64,000 nt of DNA, taken from the NCBI RefSeq assembly GCF_001194135.2, contig NC_069000.1, positions 9,237,843 to 9,301,842 of the forward strand, read 5' to 3'. Below are positions 52,446-64,000 of this stretch, in pieces. Under the pieces are notes generated by a model that did not search any database, was not told where the DNA came from, and was given only the letters and a program-made list of their open reading frames with translations. The number at the start of each line of letters is the position of its first letter. Within the stretch, counting starts at the first letter, position 1. This stretch comes from Octopus bimaculoides (taxonomy: Eukaryota). The translations under genes were made by a program, and so were the position numbers.

Positions 52446-52948
52446 CCTTATTTTGTTAGGTGGGAGTCTCACCCAGCACTTTTAACAATTCTCCTAATCT
52501 GTTGCACTGATACTGTGCTTATTTTATTGACCCCAGAAGAATGAACAACTTTAACCTTAACTAGGTTTGAACTAAGAGCACAGAAAGCTAGAATGTCTGA
52601 GAATTTGCCTCTGGCTGAGGATACACCTTACCTTTCCTGACTAAGTCATATAAAATAAAGTTTCTGCTAGTTTTAACTACTTTGCATTTCTCTAGAAGCA
52701 AAAAAAAAAAAAAAAAAAATTAACATTACTTAAATATATTATGATCAAATCAGTCAATTAAACATTAATTCTTAAAAAAACTGACTTTGTGAAATAAAGT
52801 AAAAGAAATCAATATTTTGTGGGAGTGCTAATTATATTTTGGCACTTACAAGAAAGAAAGAAAGAAAGGCTAGTCATAGATACATAAGCATAAGGATAAA
52901 CATTTAAGAAGAACATTTCTTATTAAATAAAAAAGTATTGTAACTTAC

Positions 52949-53019
52949 AATATATAAATCAGTATTGTATTGGCGATCTGTCAAGGCAGCACTGGTTGCA
53001 ACAGGATCATGGCCTGTCT
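52949..53019 (-). CDS. SPA17: Coding exon (71 nt, phase 1>0): TGHDPVATSAALTDRQYNTDLYI, SPA17 segment following the RIIa domain
   Basis: Acceptor tttcttgttttttttttcag| and donor ATT|gtaagtt; only one frame is open. Ungapped 7/23 identity (T..DP........DR.YN) to recalled human SPA17 TNFDPAEWGSKVEDRFYNNHAFE. Confidence 0.8.
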
Positions 53020-53526
53020 CTGAAAAAAAAAAACAAGAAAAGTATTATTCAATATTTTGTCACATAATTTCAACATTATTTATATCAGTAATATCTTTAA
53101 GAAAGAAATAATCATTTTATTTTCTGTATTATGTAAAAATACACATCTTTGTGCTTTTGAAAAGAGAAACTTTCTAACATATTAAAATGCATCTACTATT
53201 CACCACAAAACCCATGGAAATTCTACAGGTTTTGCCCGAGAAAACTGAGAACTGTAATAGTCTGCTGCTATTGTGATGGGGAAGACAAAATTGTGTGTGT
53301 ATGTGTGTGTGAGAGGGAGATATGGAAAAGAATATTGTAACAAGTTTGGTTGAGGTGGTAACAGTGAAGAATAAAGGGCTGGGAAAAGGAATACACATAC
53401 ATACATATAAAAATTAAGAACAGTTTGTTGTGGTAATGTTGATAGGGTGTTAGTCAATAGGTCTGATGGTGATGGATGAATGCTTTAAGGAGTTGACAGC
53501 ATGTGCATGCATGCATGCATGCGTGT

Positions 53527-53570
<44 letters not shown>

Positions 53571-55518
53571 TATTATAAAAGTTTGTTGAGGTGATGATGT
53601 CAGTAGGGTGTTAGCTAATGGAGGCAGAGGTAGTGGTGATTGTATTGCTGTAAGGAATTGATGGTAAACAATTTATTTTTTTGAACTGAAATAAAAAAAA
53701 AAGTACAGTATGATTTAGCACATGTGTTTTAGTGTAGTTGTTGTTGAGCAATGTCATTGCCATCACCACTACTATCCTGACCACCACCAACAAACAATCA
53801 TCATAGCTAAATAAATAAATAAATAAACATCATCACTATTGCCACCACCATTATTTACTATTTATCATCTCTTACTTTCTCCTCATTTGTCTACAACTTT
53901 TTTTATCTTCTCACATTTTCTTTATCTTTCTTATTTGAATGCTAATCTCTTTTATCTTTCTCTCCCTCTCTCTGTATCTTACTCCAATTTTATTTCTCTT
54001 TCTCTCACTCTTCACCAATATCAACAGCAATATCACTGTTATCACCACTGCCACCACCACTACCATAAATACCAATTGTTGCTTTTTTGAATCATTTCCC
54101 TTAGTGTAACACAAAAGGTAGGTAGAAACATACTATTGCATTAATATATAGATTATAATCTTATATAATAGCATTATATAATTATCATTATCATATCCTG
54201 CAATAAATCAATTTACATAGATTTTATAATTTTATATTTATGTATTAACACTAAATTATATCATGAGAGAAAAATAAATGTGCAAAATGTAAATTTAAAA
54301 AATGCAAGTGAAGACATTAAATATATATGCTATAAAATTTAATCTCATCAAAAATTCTCTTTCCCATAATTTAAATGAGATTTATAATGTAAGAACTTTT
54401 AAAAATAAAAAAAATTGATGCATTTTATGGTTTGCACCAATAAAAATATGAAGAGCATTTAAAACACTCTACTTTTCATTCAATCAATGCTGGAATAAAT
54501 CAAGAGCATCCATGCATCAGAGCTGAGCATGTATTGTACCTGTATGTAGAGGCCCTGGCAAGGTGTTTGTAGGAAGACTAGCAGCAGTTGCTTATGCATG
54601 CCAGTACCTCTTCTTGACATTTCCACCAATGCTAATCATGAAAAATCCTCTCCTCTGCTTTTAGGTCAATACAGCAAGGTACCAGCATTGCTGCAGCTAG
54701 GTACCAGTGTTGCTCCAGCTAAGTACCAGTGTTGCTCTCAGAATGCAAAGAACTGGAACAGATGCCATATGGCATCTTACCAGACACTGTAACAGTTCTG
54801 TCAATCACTGCCCAGGATTTGCACTTTTTTTGTAGTCCTTGAAAGTAAGACAGGAAAGGCAGAATCTGAACACACAGTGCAGAGTATCAGAACAAATACC
54901 ATGAGGCATTTCATTGCTCTAATGACTCATCCAATTTGCCTAACTTTTATACAATATTTAAACTTAGGTACGATTATTTATTTCCTATAACCATTTAGGT
55001 CATAAAAGACATCACTGAAGATTTTATTTTTGTGTGGTGTATCAAAGAATAATCAGCTTGTCAGAACCCATCCTTCTCAGAGTAATTAATCACAGCTTAA
55101 TTTATTGGTACAAAACCTTCAATTTCTAATAAGGAAATGACAAATTATTGAAGTCCTCTCCTTTTTAAAGGCTATTAATCATGCAAAAGAAGTTAGATCA
55201 GTAGCTGATACAACTACTTGGCTCACAAATAATTAACCTCACTTATTATATTCGATAGTGCTCATTAAATTATGTTTACAACAAGAGTCAATAAAATTGG
55301 TTTTTATGTCATAACAAAGACATTTAAAAAAATACAGATTGGTTTTATGTGGAAAATCGTCCCACTTGCTGTGAAAGCAAAGAAAATAGAGAAACCAGTT
55401 GATTTTCTATATAAAGTTTTGACATACAATATCATTTCTGCACTTTACCCACCTTTCATCCTCAGTTCCAATATAGAACACCTGTTTCTGACATCACTCA
55501 AGAAAAAGGGTGGGCTGG

Positions 55519-55551
<33 letters not shown>

Positions 55552-57354
55552 CTCTACTGTTACACTGAATTAAAAATATCAGCTCCTTGTAGTTCTGGAA
55601 TTGTGGATTGGTTTGAAACTCTCTCCAGAAAAGTTAGTTATTTAAAAATATGAATCTGGTTGATTCCATATTGCTGGAAGTGGTTGTTGTTTAGTGTAGC
55701 CCTGGTCAGCTCTGACTGAGCAGATTTATTATGTAATCAACTGCAGGTGTACAGTGCTATATGTGCTATGAGACAATAAGAGAATTTTTGCCAAGTATCC
55801 AAAAAGACATATCACCAAACACTGCATCTTTAGATACCTTTGTACCATATAAAATGTTCAAAATAATTAAAGAAATAAGCCAATGCCTGGTTCAAATGAT
55901 CTACTTCATAAAGTTCTAACTTGCTGAAACACTAGTGACATATTTTAGATGTTCAGTAATCAATGTTTATAGCAAAAAGTTTCTTGAGAGAGAGAAAGTG
56001 AGAGAGGGAGAATAAATGTTTTTTTGGTAATCTCTCAAAAAAAGACCATGAGAATGTTTCAATTAACAATGCTACCACATTCTAGCTTTAGGAGATTTAC
56101 ATGCCAGTGATTAAAAGTATGTTCCTCACTGGTCCAGCATGATGTTTATTTGAGAAGTTATCAGGATTTTGAACTTGTGAACTGTGTAAACTAAAATAAA
56201 CCAGCATGGTCTTACAGAAATGACAGATGATTGAGCTAGTAGCAGCTGTCACAATATATCTAAGGTATTTTTTTATTCTTCTGTATTAAAGTAAAATATC
56301 AGTAAACATCAACCAGTGGGAAATACTATTTTCATTTATTTATGCCAAGTTACTGTAAATTCATTCATTCTACAAACAATAAAATGAATGTTGAAGACCT
56401 TCTGGGAAAATGGTGAAATCTTTCAAAGACATTACAAAGCCCTGCAGTGACCATTTTCAAAATTTAAATAATTTTTCAAGTTTTGTTTTTGTTCTATTAC
56501 TGTGTAATAAATATAAACTCAATATGTACAATTAATGCTGGGAAATATATATATATATATATGAAATATTTATTCAGTTTATATCATAGCCTAATTAAAA
56601 TAAGCTCGTTACTAAAAAAATAAAACTACAGTCCAAACAAATTTCATTTTCCTATTACTTAAGTGCATATGCAGTAGTAAGTTAATAATGTATCAACTTA
56701 CCAATGTGTGCTTCTCTTTGTGTCCAGATATTAAAAAGAGTTCCTAACTAGGCTTGTAATGTGTGCAACGATTTCTAATTTGTATTCTTTCAAATTGTTT
56801 CATTCAACATGAAATAATTTTTATATGCCTTTTATATCAATAAAAGATGATGGTGTTGCCTTTGATCAACAGTTGACCTTAATATTGGTAAAACCTTTTC
56901 ACAGGATTAGATATGAGAATTTCTGAAGACCCATTGCATACATAATATGACCCGTGCTGAACCAATGAATTGGCAGATTCCTCACAGTTCACTTTTTATT
57001 TTTTCTTGCCGGAATTGACAGCGACCTTCCTAATCCTCATTCCATTAACTCTGAAATCCACCAAAGTCCTCTTATCTCTCCTTCTCTATTTCTGGCTTTT
57101 ATCTAAGTCACTTTTATTTCCATCCTCATTCACTAATATCACTACCACCACTTTTCATCATCTTTTCTGTCAAATGTTTTATCCTTTAAGCTGAAAGACA
57201 TCTCCAATGAATATCAAGAATCAAAGTAGCATTTAAAATCGCTGTAATGCAAATTTTACTTATTTCTAGTAAAAACAAGATTTCTCTACATCTCTGTTTC
57301 TCATGTACATGGTCAAATAAACTCAGAAGAAAGTTATTCAACTCATTGGCAAAT

Positions 57355-57545
57355 CTTTCTAATTTTGGCGCAAAGGTGGTAAGTCAATTATATTGACCCA
57401 AATACTTCACTGCTACTTATTTTATCGACTCTGAAAGGGTGAAAGGCAAAGTCAATCGGAACAGAATTTGAACTGAGAATGTAAAGAGTCAAAAGAAATG
57501 TTGCTAAGCATTGTTGAACATGCTAATTATTCTAAGTTCACCACC
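57355..57545 (-). mobile_element. SINE family B copy
   Basis: tctaattttggcgcaaagg...ttgacccaaatacttcactgctacttattttatcgactctgaaagggtgaaaggcaaagtc...atttgaactgagaatgtaaag...ctaagcatt. Confidence 0.75.
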
Positions 57546-57639
57546 TTAGTTCTTGGTCATAATTCCCTAACGGCTAAATGTACATATGTAGAATAATAAA
57601 CGTTTTGGTGTTTTTAATAGAATATAGTTATTTTTATGT

Positions 57640-57820
57640 AACAGTTGTAAGGTGGTTGGTGTTAGGAAGGGCATCCAACCATAAAAAAAAACTCTGCCAA
57701 AATAGACAGTGAAGTGTGGTGCAGTCTTCTGCCTAGCCAGCCCCTGTCAAACCATTCAACCCATGCCAGCATAGAAGACGGACATTAAATGGTGGTGGTG
57801 ATGATGATGATGATGATGAC
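57640..57820 (+). mobile_element. RTE 3'-tail-related fragment ending in (GAT)n
   Basis: gttggtgttaggaagggcatccaaccataaaa...aacccatgccagcatagaagacggacattaaatggtggtggtgatgatgatg, the reverse complement of the 25464 tail. Confidence 0.8.
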
Positions 57821-57929
57821 TCTAGGAAGTGATTTTAATAAAGTAGATACTTTTCTTCTTTGTCACACTTTTTGAAATGCAATCTAGCACCCACAAAGGG
57901 TGCAAATACCACAGGCATGGAGTGCCTGT

Positions 57930-57964
<35 letters not shown>

Positions 57965-60281
57965 GCTGTTGGATCTATGAATTGCTACCAGGTGTTTGAC
58001 TCCTTTCATATGACAAATCTGTTGAAGCAAAGCTGACTAAAGCAGCAAACAACAAGAGTTAGAGGATATATTACACACAGTTCAGGAAGTTCCATCCTAT
58101 GTCTAAGAATTTTCCTGTTCCTAGTCTATTTTCTGGTACATGAAAACATGTATTTCATTCATTTGTGATTCAGTCAAACACCAAAAATATCTTCAATGAA
58201 AATGTCATAAAAACTGTTAATTTGTTACTCATTTATTAACAGAACGAGATCATGTGTGTGTGAAAGTGCACATGTGTGTGCACGTGTGTATATAAAAGTG
58301 AGAGAAAGAGCAAAAGAATAAGAGGGGGAAAGTGTATATGTGTGTGTTTATATACTTATATAATAGTTTATTTTACAGTCCACTGGCCTTTATCCAAATG
58401 ATTCAACTGCCTTTCCTTTGTGACTGTAATAGCTGAGAATTGCTTCAGGATCTGGGACAGGATAGGCTATTCACATTCTTCAACTAACATGTTAAGCTTA
58501 CAATTATAGAAGCTGGGAAAAGTATCAACTAACATAACTTCTCCCCTTAGCTGTATTTAAACTTGTACATTAATTTGTAGATTTGTTAACCTTCTTAAGT
58601 TGGTTATAAATTTCTATATTGAGGCTTATAGTTAAAGAGTTTTCTTCACTATAAAACATTAACATTTTAACATTAGTGGGTGATTACAATACTGCCCCCT
58701 CCCCCCACCATCCACTACATCACCCCCAGGTTTTACTGTTTAATAGAGTGCAAAACATTCCATCATATTGATAATCTGATAAGGAGGATGTCCTGCTATT
58801 TGCTTTCCTAGAAAAATGATGATTTATCATTGTAATAAGAAGAAAGGGCTAAAAACATTTTTTTTTTCTTTTTCGGCATCTAACATCTTAAAATGTTGGT
58901 TAACAGCAAGCATATACAGAAACACACACAAACATGTATACATCTAAACACATGTATACACACATCTACACACACATGTATACATACATCTAAGTATATA
59001 TATATATACACAAAGAGAAATAGTAGATCTCCAGTTAAAATAATGAGTAAACTATCATATTTCTTTCATACAAAGGTTTTAAATGTCATCTCATCTAGAA
59101 TCAAGTAGTTCCAGGAGGCAGTCACTTCATACCATCAATATGAACAAAAGGAATAGAGATTATAACTGTAATTGATTTTTAACATAATATTATTTCTTGT
59201 GGTTGATGTAAAACCATTGTTAGTCTCACTGTCATCATCAATAACACTACTACCATTGTCATTGTTTCACAGCTGTTTTCCCAAGTTGGCAAGTTTCTTA
59301 TCAATATGATAATTTGGAGTAGTGCAATAAATACAGTGATTAGTAAAGACAGGTAAAGTTACTGTAACTAGTTTCACATTTACAATCTCAATTCCTACTA
59401 GCTTAGTTGCAGCACTTCTAAAGTATACCTGATAATATACTAAGATTAATTTATGACTCCTTACATATGGAAAATGCCTTTTTACGAACAAAAGATGCAA
59501 GTTACACTGTCAAGGGTAGTAGACATTGAAAGGCACCAGAAACTAACACATTTATAGACTCAGAAGTGATAAATACATCAATTCTTGAAGTTGCTGACTT
59601 TCTCACAAAAGAGGAGAAAACAAAGCTGGGAGGAGGTGATAGAGACTTCATCAGCAATTAACATAAATGAAATAGAATGGATGAAAAAATATTTTTGTTT
59701 ATCTAAAATCACCTCAGACAATGCCGATAGGCTACTTTTTGACAAAAGTTTAGGGGTAGTGTGGATTGGCATCAATGCTACAAAAATTTTACATACACAT
59801 GCATATTTAAGACGGCAATTAAAAAGATGGCAGTAAGATATTGATTCAAAATTTAAAGGAAATATGATGAAGTTGCAATTAAAAATGATAAAAATGATAA
59901 ATGAGATGACAATAAAGGAGCTAATAAAATAAATACTCATTTAAATAAAAGGGGTCCTTGGTAGTAAAAAGGCTGGGATCCAATGCCATAGATTATAGTG
60001 CAATAAATTACTTGACTCATTGTGATTAGGGGTATCAAAAGATAGTTGACACCACTGTCTTCAGTGGAAGGGGAAAATTAGAGTTATGACATTTATGCAC
60101 TTCCAATGAACATAGTGATGAAGACTTCAGCTGGAAATCAAACAATAGGCTGCAAACTTGGATACCAAATTTTCAGCCTATTGTTCAAGTCAAGTAAGCT
60201 ATTGTTACTCTGCAGTTGTTCCTATTCTACCACCATTCATAGATAGCAACAATCATTTAATTTAACACTAGATATTTCTAC

Positions 60282-60321
<40 letters not shown>

Positions 60322-62848
60322 TGAGTTTTAACTAAAGATTGAAGACAATGATTTAAGAGGAATGAGAAATGATATTTGAATAATCAACTTACTGAGTATA
60401 TTTCTTTCTGTTTTATTAACATATTCATCTATTTTGTTTCATTGAAATTTAAATTCACAAATACAAATGAAAGACCATTTTTTCCATTACAAAATGCATT
60501 AGACAAGAACAAACACATATATTTAGTAACTGTTGTTTACTCTCTTTCCAGAAGTTTTAAATGTATAAAATGAAATTATGAATATAAATTAATGTTTATT
60601 ATAAAATTTACAAATAGTAAGGGAATTGGTGTATTTTTTACTACTTTTATTTTGTTAACAAAACTAAGATACTGGAGTGGCAGCCCCAAACAAATGTAAC
60701 AGCCATTTTTGTACATCTATCTTAATCAAAATGCCTGAATCATAAAACAAATACCTAATTAATATGTTGCTGTTTCTATTTTCATACATTTTATTGTATT
60801 GAATACAGTGCTCCTCTCCTTAATCATATTTGCAACTAACTCTATAAAAATGATAATACAACTGGCATCACAAACTAAAGACGGAGTCTCTACATGGTTG
60901 CTCAAATAACTATAAATAGCAGACAGCTCTCCCTCTCTTCTGTCTTAAAAAAAGAAGTACATTATACAATGTCATCTAGAAGGCTGTGGTTGAGGACTAA
61001 ACAACAACTATCACTACAAACACCACCACTACCATTATGACAATCACTATTACCATAATAACAAGATAATAGCAATAATGACCACCACTGGCATTTCTAT
61101 TCCGTAAGTGCAATCCTTCTTTGGAAGATACATTTGACAAAATATTTTCCTGAGAAAAAAATGCTAAACCAGGCAACTTTCCAAGTACATGATGTACAAG
61201 GTGAAAATTCTTATAAAACAATATATTCCAACATCTCTAGTAATCATATTTATACTGAAAAATTTCATAAAAATACTCATAACATACATGAAAATATAAC
61301 ACAAAATTTAAAAATATCTATGTTTCACCTTATTCTGTTACTGTAGTCTCTCTTTATCACTTTGTCAATGACTATATTTCTATAGTCTTCCCAAACAGAT
61401 GAATTTTCTTCACTTTAAGAGTACAACTAACCAAGACAAGAGATTTTCCTCTTTACAAAAATATACTCAACTTTATAAATATTTTTAATGAACTGATTCT
61501 TGCCAATGCTGTCCACTAGAAGTTCCTTTGAATTCTTATAATTATTCTAGACTTCTTTTTGTCTGCTTTGAATGACTCCAAGACAAACTACTTTCAGCTT
61601 GGAATTGAAAATAGGTTAAGTCTCATCTATACAAAATGTAACTAATAATAGTCCTTTTTGAGATTGAAAAAGAAGAAAGTGTTGTCTATATGGCATGAAC
61701 AGCATTATGACAAGACTAACTTTCTATAAATATGACTGGCATTTTATTATACATTCATTTTATTTTTCAAAGAAAAATTTCTCAATATCATAATACTGAA
61801 TAAAAGTAGTAGTCATTATAACAATATGATTTACAATATTGCAGCTTATTATCGTTGTGAATAACAAGATGGTGATTGTGGATATGGTGGTAGCTGTAAG
61901 ATTAATTAAGGAAAGGAACTATACTAAATATTTAAAAAATTCTCACAAGCTATAAAATATTAAATACCACTGAGTTAGTTAGCAGTTACCATATATGTAA
62001 TTATTAAGTTTATGAGATAAATTAATCAGAGGTAATTAATATATGACAACAGTAATTCATAAGCAGATTGTGTCATGTAATAAGCTTTGAATAAAACATT
62101 TGGATACAAGCCAAATATTGATGCAGTTGGAGAATTAGGCATCATCTCATTGAAAGAAAGACCAGAATGAACAAATTAAGTGCAGAATATTTCTTCCTCT
62201 TTTTCTAGTAACAGTTTAGTTCCTGTGCTAGATAACCATAAAATACTTATTACCTTGGATGAAACATTCTCCTGCAGGTTTTGATTTTATAACAATCTGA
62301 GTTCTACATACTGCAAAATCTAACATACTAATAAAATCCTTGCAAATTCTACAGTGTCCAACTGACAATGGAATGAATAGTACCTCTTCATGGCATTGCT
62401 AGGTAGACTTCTCAATTAAGAGATAAGTATATTGTACAGGAGCAGTAAAGCATTGATGACTGACTACAAAACATTGAGCCATTAGTTGAGAGAGTAACAT
62501 ATTATTAACTTGGTTAGTTGCTAGCCTTAGTATAAAATATATTGCTACAAATATAGAGTGCAGGTTACATAACTAGCAATTCTTTCATTGGTATTTCATA
62601 ACAATATTATTAAGTTTAACTCCTACAACAATAAAAGGACATTCAATAAAAGCTAAATAGACAAGTGGACTCCTATTTCTCCTTCCCTCTATTGTGTGTG
62701 AGTGTGTGTGGTTATAGTTAATTTTTGTTCATTGCAGAAGGTCGTCTACACTTCATGCAAAGGATTCGACACCAGTTAGCAAAGTGAATTATATATAAAA
62801 GTTAAATGCATATTTGCTACTCATCTAGACCTCTCTCTCCTCATACAT

Positions 62849-62850
<2 letters not shown>

Positions 62851-62913
<63 letters not shown>

Positions 62914-62924
62914 CGTGTGTGTGT
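62851..62924. repeat. (TG)n microsatellite
   Basis: Direct reading. Confidence 0.95.
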
Positions 62925-64000
62925 TGAATAAGTTATTAAGTTGTTACTTAGCAGACTGTCATTTAAAAAGGCAAGTTCAAACTTTGACATAAATGGCATG
63001 AACAATAACTACTTTGATAGTTGCAGTGTAGAAACAGTGAAGTAAACTTACCAAATAAAAGATTATTGAAAACTAAGAAAATAATATTTACCTTTCTACT
63101 TTTCTATCTTTTGAAACTTGCAAATACATGTACATTCATGTTAAAGACACATAAGCAGACAAACACACATACACACGCATGCACACGTGCACACACACAC
63201 ACACACACAAACACACAACAACAACAACATGATTCTGCTATATAATGAAACAAACTCCTGAGTACTGAGACTGTTTTATTTCTTAAATTATCTGGGAATA
63301 ATTTGATATGGAATCACCAAATTTTGAACATTAACATCTTGTTATTTTAGACAGGGATTTTGAATATATATATAATGGAAATGGTTTTAAGTTGAAAATG
63401 TTTGATAAAATTAATGTAAATATTGTAATCTTTTAGATGAAAATCTTAAATTGTAAGAAAATCAAAACATTTCTTAAATTTTGAAAGATACGATTAATGT
63501 ATACCTGAAATATCAAATCTAAACCATTTTAATTACTTAAGAATATAAAGAAATGCTTCTTTCTAATAAAATTATCTAAATATGAACATATCTCAATATT
63601 TTAAAATAAATTTTAGCAGAGACAAGATAGTGTCACTTTTTAAAAGAATGAAAATAAAAATCATAATATATGCCTGGGTAACTAAAAATAATACTATTGT
63701 TATAATCTAATATACAAAGAATCCAATTTTTCAAAATGAAAGGAAATAAAAATTGAGATCATAGTCTCATAAAATTTCATGGTTTCAAAACAAATAAAAG
63801 AAAAAAAATCATGTAATAATATGAAGCTAAAAGTGAAACACACACAAGCAAATGAAAACATTATGTGATGACATGGAGCTAAAAGTGGAATAAGACTTTA
63901 TGAAAAAGCATCATAAAATTTGATTAATATCATACTATTTTCCTCATTTAAAATTAGATGATAGAAATCACTAAAGTTGATTACTGTCTAGAAACTATAG

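Larger units (their letters stand above)
3561..53019 (-). other. SPA17: Span of a multi-exon SPA17-like, two-IQ-motif calmodulin-binding protein gene (partial; 5' RIIa exon and terminal exon not located)
   Basis: Four exons with canonical splice sites and matching phases (1>0, 0>2, 2>0, 0>0) join into one stop-free frame. The first aligns ungapped with the recalled human SPA17 post-RIIa segment and the last two carry IQ motifs. The symbol rests on recalled sequence, not a database search. Confidence 0.7.

Noticed and set aside
59267-59500. ORF containing SAATKL, resembling the IQ lead-in
   Set aside because: No IQ/RG motif follows and there are no compatible splice sites.
63052-63072. 21-nt minus-strand microexon-like segment reading FNNLLFG, superficially like RIIa FGNLLEG
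   Set aside because: T-rich and too short, and does not fit the expected single long RIIa exon; likely coincidence.
1-64000. CRISPR arrays, rRNA, prokaryotic operons or defence systems
   Set aside because: No repeat-spacer arrays, rRNA or dense ORFs; the window is intronic eukaryotic DNA.

Overview
AT-rich, microsatellite- and retroposon-dense eukaryotic DNA with five assembly gaps. The repeat repertoire (tRNA-headed SINEs, RTE LINEs with (GAT)n tails) points to an octopod cephalopod; this is inference from recalled repeat families. Most of the window is intron of one minus-strand gene that the ORF track misses because its exons are tiny. Four exons with canonical AG/GT ends and mutually compatible phases were read by eye: 52949-53019, 46833-46882, 33373-33499 and 3561-3638. 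They splice in frame to (x)TGHDPVATSAALTDRQYNTDLYI-PQVSSDTAAKVSPPPEP-APETESELLSEFPPDEALEDAATKIQASYKGYKTRKEIKELK-MKTNAATKIQAGIRGHLTRKKIKTMK. This looks like a SPA17 (sperm surface protein Sp17)-like protein with two GAP-43/neurogranin-type IQ motifs. The expected RIIa-domain exon and the stop codon were not found with confidence in the window. Introns hold RTE LINE fragments, a decayed Tc1-like transposon with DD36E spacing, a TTAA-flanked MITE and three short-retroposon families. They also hold a long inverted repeat, palindrome arrays and several candidate alternative first or cassette exons. The most intriguing hypothesis is an internal start exon (MNSNDQ) giving a short neurogranin-like IQ-only isoform; it is unproven. 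No prokaryotic features (CRISPR, rRNA, operons) are present. Repeat boundaries are approximate.
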